Shown: positions 1-9,719 of the stretch, piece by piece | Position numbering within the stretch: the first letter of the stretch is position 1 | Layout: the number at the start of each line of letters is the position of its first letter | Source of the DNA: Macrostomum lignano | Lineage: Eukaryota | Reading direction: 5' to 3' | Assembly: GCA_002269645.1 (NCBI GenBank) | Contig: NIVC01001101.1 | Span: 186,001-250,000, forward strand | DNA: 64,000 bases | Position numbers and translations under genes: made by a program | Notes under the pieces: generated by a model | What the model saw: the letters and a program-made list of their open reading frames with translations, nothing else | What the model was told of the DNA's origin: nothing | The model's database searches: none

Positions 1-326
1 CGCTGCGTAGAAATGCGCCGTTCGGCCTCCAGACGGGCTCGTCGTTGTATCTCCGACTCGACTAAACGGCGCTCCGTACCGCGGGCTTTGTCCCTGGCCT
101 GTCGTGAAACTCGCTCAGTCTCTGATTCGCCTGTGCGTCGGGCCGCAGTATCCAGGCGATCGCGTTCCAGACGCGCTTCTCGAGAGCTTTTGCTCTCCGT
201 TTCACGGCGTATACGCGCGCGTTCTTGGTGCTTTTGTAACCGTAGCTCCCTATCTTCTGCAGTTTCTTCCTTCCTACGTTGCTTGGCTTCGCGACTTTTC
301 TAAGCAACGCTCTTACGTTTAGCCAT
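1..326 (-). pseudogene. Helitron RepHel-like N-terminus (E/R-rich ETxExRxxRL repeats) with an in-frame stop
   Basis: Hand translation from ATG 326: MAKRKSVA*KSREAKQRRKEETAEDRELRLQKHQERARIRRETESKSSREARLERDRLDTAARRTGESETERVSRQARDK... The TAG is at 302-300. The repeats resemble the STPR-like coiled coil of Helitron proteins. Confidence 0.5.
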
Positions 327-852
327 GGGACCAAAAAATGCAAGATAGCAGTTCGATTCGATTCGAAATTGACGTAAAAGAATTACGTCAAACGATAAAG
401 TGATATATATATATGTATAGCCAAAGAAACCAAAGAAATCGCGACCGCACCGCGTTTGCGCTTACGACACAAAAGACCATAGACTCTTTAGCAGAAAAGC
501 AGAATAGCAGAATTTAGCAGAATAGCAGAACCATGGATGAATGAATAGAATGGATTGCTATTCTGGCTCTGGCTATTTTCGTTTTTGACTCTTTTGCATC
601 CGGTTCCCCCCCCCCGTGCCTTTTCATTGGTTGATGATTGCCATAGACAATTTTGTTTGTCTCGCTCGTGTTTTGAAATAAAGGGGGAAGATTCGAGAGT
701 CGATTCGTCTACAATTAAATCAGTTCTTTGCGCTTGTGCATCGAAAGAAAGGGGCGAAGGCAGATTTATTTCAAAACACGATAAATCTCAATGTTCATGA
801 GTTCATTGGTTGCTAGGGTCCTCGAATTGGTTGCTAGGGTCCTCGAATTGGT

Positions 853-1125
853 AAAGGCGCGACAAAATCATGAACGTAGACCCCATCAGTCAAGGTGTCC
901 CGTACCACCTGCTCGATGGTCAGCCGCTCGACCTGCAGCAGGGCAGCCTGCTCCTGGAGCAGAGGCGGGAGTCTGTCTGCCATTGTTCGCCTGACCATGG
1001 CGTGGTCCATGGCCAGCGGCGTTCCGCGCAACTGATCCGCAACGGCGTGAAAGTAGCAGTTGCCGTCCCCACTGACAGGAGTAACCTGGGTGCAGGTTAC
1101 ACTGAGCGCGCGACCCGTGACTGAC
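853..1125 (-). pseudogene. OTU-like cysteine protease exon fragment
   Basis: After the acceptor ...aactgcag (1131-1126) it reads SVTGRALSVTCTQVTPVSGDGNCYFHAVADQLRGTPLAMDHAMVRR..., containing the OTU catalytic motif GDGNC-F-AVADQL. It is truncated at 852 by a satellite copy. Confidence 0.7.
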
Positions 1126-1242
1126 CTGCAGTTAACAACGTTTAATACTTTAAATCCAACGTTTAATCCATGTTTAGATTAAGGGGCGAATGCAGATTTA
1201 TTTCAAAACATGATAAATCTCAATGTTCATGAGTTCATTGGT

Positions 1243-1975
1243 TGCTAGGGTCTTCGAATTGGTTGCTAGGGTCTTCGAATTGGTTGCTAAGGTCCTCGAA
1301 TTGGTTGCTAGGGTCTTCGAATTGGTTGCTAGGGTCCTCGGATTGGTTGCTAGGGTCCTCGAATTGGTTGCTAGGATCCTCCAATTGGTTGCTAGGGTCC
1401 TCGAATTGGTTGCTAGGGTCCTCGAATTGGTTGCTAGGGTCCTCGAATTGGTTGCTAGGGTCCTCGAATTGGTTGCTAGGGTCCTCGAATTGGTTGCTAG
1501 GATCCTCGAATTGGTTGCTAAGGTCCTCGAATTGGTTGCTAGGGTCTTCGAATTGGTTGCTAGGGTCCTCGAATTGGTTGCTAGGGTCCTCGGATTGGTT
1601 GCTAGGGTCCTCGAATTGGTTGCTAGGATCCTCCAATTGGTTGCTAGGGTCCTCGGATTGGTTGCTAGGGTCCTCGAATTGGTTGCTAGGGTCCTCGAAT
1701 TGGTTGCTAGGGTCCTCGGATTGGTTGCTAGGGTCCTCGAATTGGTTGCTAGGATCCTCGAATTGGTTGCTAAGGTCCTCGAATTGGTTGCTAGGGTCCT
1801 CGAATTGGTTGCTAGGGTCCTCGAATTGGTTGCTAAGGTCCTCGAATTGGTTGCTAGGGTCCTCGAATTGGTTGCTAGGGTCCTCGAATTGGTTGCTAGG
1901 GTCCTCGAATTGGTTGCTAGGGTCCTCGGATTGGTTGCTAGGGTCCTCGAATCGGTTGCTAGGGTATTTTTGATT
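1243..1975. repeat. 21-bp minisatellite (ttggttgctagggtcctcgaa)n; a short 2-copy array also lies at ~808-852
   Basis: Directly visible tandem array of roughly 35 units. It produces the repetitive ELVARVL, EDPSNQF and GSSNWLL ORFs. Confidence 0.95.
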
Positions 1976-2255
1976 TTGGTTGCTACGGTCTCGTGCTTTG
2001 GTTGCTGGGGTCTCGTTTTTTGTTGCTTTTAACTGCAACTTGCTTTTATGACTGCAACAAGAATGCACTAAGGAGATAGGAAAAATACAGTTTTTCCCAC
2101 ATTGCCAAGCTCCCTGTCAATATTAAGGCGATTTGAAACATGCCAAATTGTCCCAGAAAGATGTGCCATCGAATGGTACAGGTCCCACGGACGGCGGACC
2201 AGCCGTTCGCCCGGAAACGTGACGCGCACAGACAAACTCAACTTTAGGTATATGA

Positions 2256-2773
2256 TTGCTTTTGCTTATTTACAGTAACATATCTTGGTTTTCCCTCTCG
2301 AACATATCGATTGAGTCTTGCTTCGGTGTTTTTCTCGCTCATTTTTAAGTTCAGAATTTCTTCAAACCATTGCCTTGTCTCAAAGACACTTGAGACTGTT
2401 TTGCTGTTCCTAGAGCCTTTTTAACAATATCTTGAATGGCCTTGTTTGATTGCGAAGCTATCTGTTGCTCTTCTTTCATTCTTTTCTTTGCTTCTTTTTC
2501 TCGGCGTTTCTTTTAATTATATTCCAGTTCCTCGCCTGCTTTAGACATGTCACTGTATGATTTCTTCGCATCAAATATGTTTTTCGCTGTGGTAGCTGTT
2601 TTACCTATTGCATCGGCTCCACTCACAATTTTACTCCCATGATTTGATAAAAAGTTTGTGACACCACTGATCATATCACCAATTCCTTCACCCTCTTTAT
2701 CAGCTAGTAGTTGTGAATCAGACGTTTCAATCTGACCCTTTGCTCGTTTGCAGTTTGTTCCATAGGCGCTCAT
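2256..2773 (-). pseudogene. Polinton-like small ORFs: a K/E-rich ORF with GxG motifs and one internal stop, plus a truncated next ORF
   Basis: Reading through the TAA at 2515-2513 gives MSAYG...GEGIGDMISGVTNFL...EELEYN*KKRREKEAKKRMKEEQQ...LRQGNGLKKF* ending at 2351. MSEKNTEARLNRYVREGKPRYV starts at 2342 and is cut at 2256. Packing behind the integrase is tight and AT-rich. Confidence 0.5.
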
Positions 2774-4085
2774 TTTTAGGGGAAAATTTGCTGGTAGAAG
2801 CTGGGATTTGTAAAATGATCAAATAATTTTCTTCTCCATTTTCATCCTCAATAATGTAAGTTATGGGATTTGAGTAAACTATTTTCTTTATCCTAAACAC
2901 TTCTGAAATTTTCCAATAACCTCTTCGGCCCTTTTCAAAGTGCTCCTTGTATCTATAGATATGAACTTTGTCACCTACTTTGAAGTTTGGTTTCTCATTT
3001 GAATACTCGAAGGAAGGCTTTGGTACTCGCTCAGGGTGTTTAGATGCTTCTGAAGGAGTTATCAGAATCTCAGAATGGATTGTGTTGTTGTATTTTTCAA
3101 CAATAGTTGGCAATATGTGGAGCCACTTCTGGTTTCCTTGTAGATCAAATTCAAACCAGAGTTTATTTGTGAGAGTACGATTGAACCTCTCAATCATTGC
3201 ATTCTTAGACTCACCATAAATTGAGAACATCTTGTTAATATACTCCCCATTTTCATCTTTCTTTCTTATGTCGTCTTTTGAAAACGAGTATAGCTTGTAC
3301 ATATGCTGATTATAAAACTCCTTGCCTTCATCTACACAAAGTCTCTCTGATCGTCTTACTGATTCCTTAAATACTTTTTGGAAAGCTTCTGCAACTTCCG
3401 CTCCCGTCTTTGTTTTCAAAGGTACTGCCCAAGCGTAACGTGTAAAACCATCTATGATAGTGAGTGCATATTTGTAACCTCTTTCAGGAGGAAGGATAAT
3501 GATATCTGCATGCCAAATTGTGTCTTTTGCATAGTGAATCATTTTTCTAAATACTCTTGGCTTTCGATATTCTTTATGCAATTTCAAAGCATCTTCATAG
3601 CTAAGACCATTGCCGTATATGGTTAGACAGTCTATACAATTGTTGGGGGTGTGAGTATGAATGCCTAATCCAAACCGAACTTTAGCTTTAATAACACGCT
3701 TTACTAGATTTCTAATCAGTCTCTCTTTCACAGACAAGTCTCTGGTTGGAATAGCATCTAAATCAGCAATCATTTTTTCATCAGCAATATGCTTCTTTGC
3801 TAGGGCTTTCTCTGGAGTTGAAGACGTCTTTTCAGCATCTCTATAGCTTTTGTCATAATAGTAAGCAGTCCAATCGATTGGGTTAATTGGTAGACTATCA
3901 TACCGAGGCCTGTCTGTAATTGGATTGAGTCTTTTGTCTAAATTTGTACCTGGGCCAGTGAAAGAATACCCTGGAATATGAAATTCGCCAGGATATTTTC
4001 CAGTGGAGAAGATTGGCGGTAGTTTTGTTATAGCTGACTGAATATCTAAAGCATTTCCTAGAAATAATGGTTTACTGAAGGCCAT
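2727..4085 (-). mobile_element. Polinton/Maverick (adintovirus-like) integrase with N-terminal parvovirus-type PLA2 domain, decayed
   Basis: PLA2 motif GYSFTGPGTNLDKRL...PINPIDWTAYYYD. DDE core WHADII / VDEGKEF / IERFNRTL. The C-terminal II*SFYKSQL (GSFY-like) lies in another frame near 2830-2800. Confidence 0.9.
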
Positions 4086-4499
4086 TTTATATATATATAA
4101 TTTACTATCGTTAAACTGGATGACACGTTCATATTCTATATACCTGAAATTGCATTGAATTGACGCGTGAATCCAACTTTTCTCATGGTTTTAGAGCTGG
4201 AATCGTGAAAATTGCACTTTTTCAAAATTTTTGAAAATCACAAAAAATCGCTGTTTTCAGACCATTTTCACCTGTTTTTAGTCATTTTTTTACTTATTTT
4301 TACTGATTTTCAAAATGAGTGAGGGCATGAGGGCGAGGGCACCCCCCTTTTTTAAAAGTATAAAAATTCCGGAAAATCTGTGTTCTGTGAAATATTCCAC
4401 AGGCCAATGCCCCCACATGCCCTCACCCTCAACATCCTCACTCACAGATATATGTATATTTATATATTACACACTTGCAACTCTGACCTCCTGGTAGTA

Positions 4500-4590
4500 G
4501 TAGTATGTTATAAGGGGCTGAGTCATCCAGCGAGCTGGCGCGCAATGCGCCCGAGCAATAAGTGTGGCGCAGCCCCTTATGACATACTAC
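4500..4590. repeat. 21-bp inverted repeat (20/21 match) with AGT-repeat ends around a ~49-bp loop
   Basis: gtagtatgttataaggggctg (4500-4520) pairs with cagccccttatgacatactac (4570-4590). Confidence 0.85.
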
Positions 4591-4629
4591 GAGACTACGA
4601 GACTACGAGGCTACGAGACTAGCGCTGTC

Positions 4630-5500
4630 TGGGATTTTGATGAGGATTACCGCAAGCTCATGCCTGATTCCACAGGGAGCCAGTGTACTCCCTGTGGAAT
4701 CAGGGAGAGACAAAAAGAGACAAAAATAAATTAAATTATTAGGCCATCACACAGAACAAACAAACACAGAGCAAACAATATTGGCGGGGAGAGAGCCGCA
4801 AACCCACACCAAGCCTAGAAAACTTTGAGCTGTAAACTCGCTCCTCCGCCTGCAAGCTGAGTATTCAGACTTGGTCTATGATGCTTAATGTGCAAGGCTT
4901 CCAGCTCTGAGTTTGCCATTAAATCTACATCTATCCAGAACAGTGAAAATCTCATGCTCACAACAAGCATTACAACTAAGCAATTGGTCATGCACTGCAG
5001 AGTTATTCATTCTATGCTCCCTAGCCGTAGTGTACAGTTGCCTTTTGGTTTTCCTATGTAGGAAATGCTCTGATCACCAGAGCAACAAAATTGATGGATG
5101 ACACCAGCCGACAGGGCTCTAGGGGCCTTCGACTTCAACCTGCTAACAAACTGGCCGATTTTGGCGGTCTGAAACACAACCATGATCCGAGAGTTAAAAT
5201 ACTTCAAGAAAGTTCTTTTAAGCCTCTTTTTTCCAGACAGGACAGGACACCAAGGAAGGAGAGTTTGATCAGCACATCACTGGAATTCGACCTCTTAGCT
5301 TCGTCAGTCAAACCAGACTCAGTCATTTTCTTAGTCAGAAATCTGTTCAGCACTTTACCAACAAATCCCTAGGGAAACCATTACGTTGAAAAATGTCAGT
5401 GAGCTTGACCACTTCTTGGTGGAAAGATTGCCAGGTACTACAGATATTGAACGCTCTGTGCATCATGAAACGGACAAGACCAGCCTTCCATTGACTGAGC
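4630..5500 (-). mobile_element. Penelope-like retroelement 3' fragment (RT thumb + GIY-YIG endonuclease), frameshifted
   Basis: Minus frames give WKAGLVRFMMHRAFNICSTWQSFHQEVVKLTDIFQRNGFP, then GVIHQFCCSGDQSISYIGK/TKRQLYTTAREH, then LHIKHHRPSLNTQL. A perfect 17-bp hairpin (4663-4704) sits in the 3' UTR. Confidence 0.85.
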
Positions 5501-5697
5501 TGCTCGGTATACAGGTTTATAACCTCGAAGATTTGGGAGCACCATCGATTGAAGATTCAGATACTGGCTGTGCAGTGAGAAATTCATTGCTGCACTACGA
5601 GTACAGTTGGCTTAAGCCAAAGTTCTGCATCAACTTAAGAAGCGAGCAGTGTCCGTGGCACAGGGGCAGTAAAGTTGGCAGAAGATTTGGTGAATAA
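5500..5697 (+). pseudogene. C-terminal remnant of an ORF, possibly Polinton-associated, truncated by the Penelope insertion
   Basis: GIQVYNLEDLGAPSIEDSDTGCAVRNSLLHYEYSWLKPKF..., with the stop 13 bp before the TBP-like ATG. The resemblance to the NLEDxGxP...CAxxN tail of Polinton-associated proteins is from memory and unverified. Confidence 0.3.
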
Positions 5698-5710
5698 ATA
5701 AAGGATCGAA

Positions 5711-6292
5711 ATGAGCCCACCTGCAGCTACAGCCCTAACAGTGACCAATCTGGTTGGCGGAGTGGATCTGAGCCTGGGTGGAGACGGGTGCCCAGCTGCC
5801 TCTACGGGAACTGGCTCTCAGCATGGCTCATGTGATCTACCGCCCGTCTGGCCCCGGGTGCTCATCAAGCGGATGCGAAGTCCCAGAGTGACTCTGCTAC
5901 TCTACCCTACTGGGCAACTGAGCATCTGCGGTGCCAAGACCCACGCTGACACCAAAAGGGCTGCCCGTCGCTCCGTGGCTATGCTGCATCGGAGAGTGCC
6001 GGCTCAACTGCTGCCTCATTAAACTATTTGTGTTCGAATTAAAACTAATACTGCTCATGGACGGTTTAAGCTCCAAAATGCGCGACCGCTTACCGAACTT
6101 GTTAAAGTATTGCCCAAAGCCCAGTATGAGCCATAAACATTTTCAGCTTTAGTTTGTCAACTTAAGTATTGTAAATGCTTGCTTCTCCATAATGCCTCTT
6201 ATATTCTTAGTGGGGCGAAATCTCTGCGTATGCTAAAATCCGACAGTTCTTCCCTGTTTCGCTCTGTTAACACACTTATGCAACTAAAATAA
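5711..6292 (+). pseudogene. Intronless minimal TATA-binding-protein-like (TBP fold, two repeats) pseudogene
   Basis: Repeat 1: TVTNLVGGVDL../LPLRELALSMAHVIYRP/..VLIKRMRSPRVTLLLYPTGQLSICGAKTHADTKRAARR, with compensating frameshifts. Repeat 2, same frame after the TAA at 6020: VRIKTNTAHGRF...KAQYEP*TFSALVCQLKYCKCLLLHNASYILSGAKS. It ends at TAA 6290-6292, overlapping AATAAA. Confidence 0.8.
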
Positions 6293-8569
6293 AGCACAAG
6301 AATTATCCGCCTTTAATCGGACTCTGAAAACTCGCTTGAGTCCTGCTCTGCCACTTTGCCTGTTATTTGGTTCCCTTAGCTGCAAGTTGTGTGGTCAAAT
6401 ACATCTCTAATGCTCTAATGCTTAAACTTTTAAGCTATTTTATTCATGCGAGAAACCAATATTGAAATTGATTAAATAGAAACGAAATTCCAACTTATCC
6501 AGTCGCAATGAAGTAAAAAATCGAAGGCATTGCGAAATTCTAGCAGTATATTTTTACTGCAAATTTCTGCATCAAAGTACAGGGAACTGAATTCGTTAAC
6601 TAAAGAATTGCACACTAAGCACACTCCGAAACGTCAACTGATGTTGAACCAACGCATGTTGATCCCACAATTTCTTAGACTTACAATGCTAACAGAGTAA
6701 GCTTTCGAATGTCAAAATATTTGTTTTTTAAAAATGAAAAATTGAAAAGCTCACAATGGAACTAATGTAACAGTGTTTATACCAAAATAAATGGCATATC
6801 CAGCACCAGAAATTGGTGGTAGGACAAGTTGTAGCCGGCTGCTAAGATTGCTTACAGGAACCGACTCTAGGGCAGCAATTGGGTTTGTAGCGTACTTTAA
6901 TACTTTCTCGGAATTTCGTCAGATTTCTAAAAGTCAATACATTATTATTTTTCTAGAAACTTCTTCGAGTTAGCAGCTTATTTAAGGTACGCATTACGAG
7001 CTATAAATAGTAAATAATTAATTGCGACCTAACTTTTTATATTCTACTTGTATTTGCGCAACGTATATAATTAAGTGTTTAATCACTTTGTTAAGATGTG
7101 TTCAATCTTCCTAGAAATTTCCGGAAAGCTTTATAAGTCTACAAATATACGGCGACGGCAGTGACATCAATCACGCCGCCTTATTTTTCTCTCTTCGAAT
7201 CCCCGATCTAATTTGCGTCGATAAAAAACCAAAAGAACCACCGCTTTGCTGTCATTCAATAACCAACAAAGCCGTCAACAGGTTCATTGTCCCAAAACTG
7301 GGGGCAGCATCGGCTTGTCCTTGGATCAGAAATTCCAGGAGGGACTCAGCCATCTCGTTTTCAGGTTGCTGTTTCTGCTGCTGCTCGCTGATGCTCCTTG
7401 CTTTGCTACCTGCCTCTCACAGTGCAGCAGAGTTGCATAAGCGTTTCGCCACCCAGCCAATCACACCTACCCCACGCCCCTTATTTCCATTGGCTATCTC
7501 AGCTGGCTCTTTTACGCCCTCCTATTCTTTTACATTACCGCCTATCTCCGCCGTGCAGGTGCGGCAGAGTTGCATATACTCATACTACCCCCTTTACGAT
7601 TGGCGATCTTAGTCTGGCTGTACATTTATATGCTCTTTGTAAAACATTTCGGTTGTAAAAATGTTTGTGGGAACTAAAAATTTTATTCAGTGCTGCTACA
7701 CCAAAAGTGTTCGCAGACTTTATGAGTTGTTTTTGTTTTCACCCTCCTGAAAACCGGGTTCTGTTGTCTGTACCCAGCCCTAAAATTCCCCAAACTTTCT
7801 CAGACATCTTGTATCAATAATATTCCACAGGGGGTGCTGCTTAGTGCTTGCCTTCCACCTAACCGACCAACCCCACGCTAGGCGCGCTGGGCCTCTCCAA
7901 GTTTTCCAGTTCAACCAACCCCACACTCTGACTTGCACTCCTACCCCCAATTGCCCCGTACGCTCGCTCTCCTATCTCCACACTGTTCGGCAGGGTTGCT
8001 GCTCTCACTTTTCTGCTCTGTATCGGCTGGTTCACTTTCGAGCTGCTTCGATGAGTCAGTCTCAGAGTAGTGGACCTCCGACTCGGAGTAGTTATACGCC
8101 GCCGGCTTTAAGTCTTCCAACTCACTCCAGTCTCCAGCCTCTGCTTCATCAGTTTCACTCCAATCCTCTAATTCTGATTCACTCCAGTCTCTAGAGCTGC
8201 CCCTACTATTGGAACCGCTATAGCTAGATTGAAGCTGCAATGTTTGAGTATTTTTAACAGCAATAGAAGTTTATATTTGGAAAAAATGTTGCTAACATAA
8301 TTTGAAGTTTTTTTTGTATAAAACAATCAGAGGAATTTTTATCCAAAGATAAAAATGATTCCAGTCTTTCATTTCACTTTCTAATTCAACAGTTCTTATT
8401 CAATATAACAAAAGTGATTTTGTCTTTTATATAGCTGGATGAACCATAAGCATCAAATGACACAATAAGCTGTTAAAAGCAATTTGAGGAAGTTATTAGG
8501 GGAAATGGTGAAATCAGGAAGCCAGCTGAACAATTACAAAGAGACAAATTTAATTGAATTTCCTTTAAA

Positions 8570-8940
8570 ATACTTGTTGGCCTCTGTGAGGTGATGGGGC
8601 ACCCATACCGATGTGACACAACGCAGCTCCAGGTCTTCTCTCAAAATTCGATGCACCGTTGACTTGTCAACCTCCAGCCAGTCAGCAAGGGTCCGTACTG
8701 ACACTTTTGGATCGTCTTCAATCAGAACACGCACATCGCTGATAAGCTCTGGTGTTCGAGTTGATCGAGGTCTCCCGGCACCGCTGGCACTCGGGCAGTC
8801 GCCTGCTCCTTTAGTGGGGCTGGTCTTGGCATCAGCGGTGGCTGCCTTGAAATAATTAAATACAGTTGCACGGCATGGAGCTCCACTGCCATACGCGGAA
8901 GACAACTCTTCAAAGCACTGTTGAGCACTGATTCCAAGCT
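8570..8940 (-). mobile_element. mariner transposase N-terminal fragment
   Basis: GRPRS...VLIEDDPKVSVRTLADWLEVDKSTVHRILREDL...WVPHHLT (HTH plus a WVPHEL-like motif). Confidence 0.8.
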
Positions 8941-9164
8941 GCTGCTGCGTCCATGCGTAAAATTTAAAGTTTTATTTGCTTGGCTCCAATCGTTTTTGCA
9001 CTGGCGTTGCAGTAGGCAAAACTGAGCTATAAAAATCTATAGTGATGCGCAAGAGAGGGTGCAGTGATACTTAAATCTCTTGTGCGTCTTCGGTACTGTC
9101 TATGGTAGCATGTGGTGCGCTGACAGCTGTAGCTATTGTTCACTCTTCAAATAGCAGCAGTAAT

Positions 9165-9719
9165 CTAAATAAATCTGGGACACCTGAAGTACAGCGCATA
9201 TCCACCATCAGAAATTGGTGGCAAAATGAGTTGCAGTCCTCCTTGCCAGCTACTCAAAACATTCGCGGCTACATTGTTTGGCTGCTGCTGCTGGGTTGAG
9301 CCAGGCAGTTCCATCTCAGCGGGCAGCTTAGTGAAGCCGGTCTGCTGCATCTTGGCGGGCAGCTGGGCGAAGTCGGTCTGCTGGATGCAGGTGCCGGTGG
9401 TGACTTCTTCGCCAATGATGACGAAATCCTCTTCATCCTTACCATCGAGGTCTACGTCTTTCTCCTCCGAGATGTCGCTGATATGCGGGTCATTAATTCG
9501 GAGAGTCTTGTCCTTGATCTCAGGACGACGACGATGAGAGCCAGTTGGCTGCTCAAATACATCCTGCTGCCGACTTGGTTGTACAACCAAGTCGTCATCG
9601 CTGTTGCTGCAGGCCTCTCTCACCTCCTCGATAACTTGGCTTAAAGCCTGCCGAGTTGCCTCCCCATCGGCCGCCAACTGCTGTGCCTTCTGCATTACCA
9701 TGCGCCTCAGATTGCACAT
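9165..9719 (-). CDS. Hypothetical acidic/Q-rich ORF or exon of unknown function
   Basis: 184-aa ORF with GC-rich, coding-like composition and internal QQTxFxxLPAxM repeats. No recognisable family. Confidence 0.25.
   Translation of the reverse strand: MCNLRRMVMQKAQQLAADGEATRQALSQVIEEVREACSNSDDDLVVQPSRQQDVFEQPTGSHRRRPEIKDKTLRINDPHISDISEEKDVDLDGKDEEDFVIIGEEVTTGTCIQQTDFAQLPAKMQQTGFTKLPAEMELPGSTQQQQPNNVAANVLSSWQGGLQLILPPISDGGYALYFRCPRFI

Larger units (their letters stand above)
1..2255 (-). mobile_element. Helitron-like element, 5' part (runs off the left edge)
   Basis: The minus strand starts A|TCATATACCTAAAGTTGAGTTTGTCTGTGCGCG...GAACGGCTGGTCCG at 2256/2255. This is an A|TC junction and resembles the 5' ends of invertebrate Helitrons. 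It interrupts a Polinton-like ORF. Inside are a satellite, an OTU exon and an STPR-like ORF start. Confidence 0.55.

Noticed and set aside
1243-1975. CRISPR-like array (also considered for 16260-16527 and 47045-48250)
   Set aside because: Units are head-to-tail with no unique spacers, there are no cas genes, and the context is eukaryotic.
1223-2068. Long ORFs in three frames (ELVARVL / EDPSNQF / GSSNWLL)
   Set aside because: They are by-products of a 21-bp stop-free repeat, with no evidence of coding.
4630-4830. Hammerhead ribozyme in the Penelope 3' region
   Set aside because: A tgatgag motif is present, but I could not find a complete CUGANGA...GAAA core with matching stems on either strand.
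6300-6345. FNRTLKTRL integrase-like peptide after the TBP-like gene
   Set aside because: Only nine residues with no supporting flanks; could be chance.
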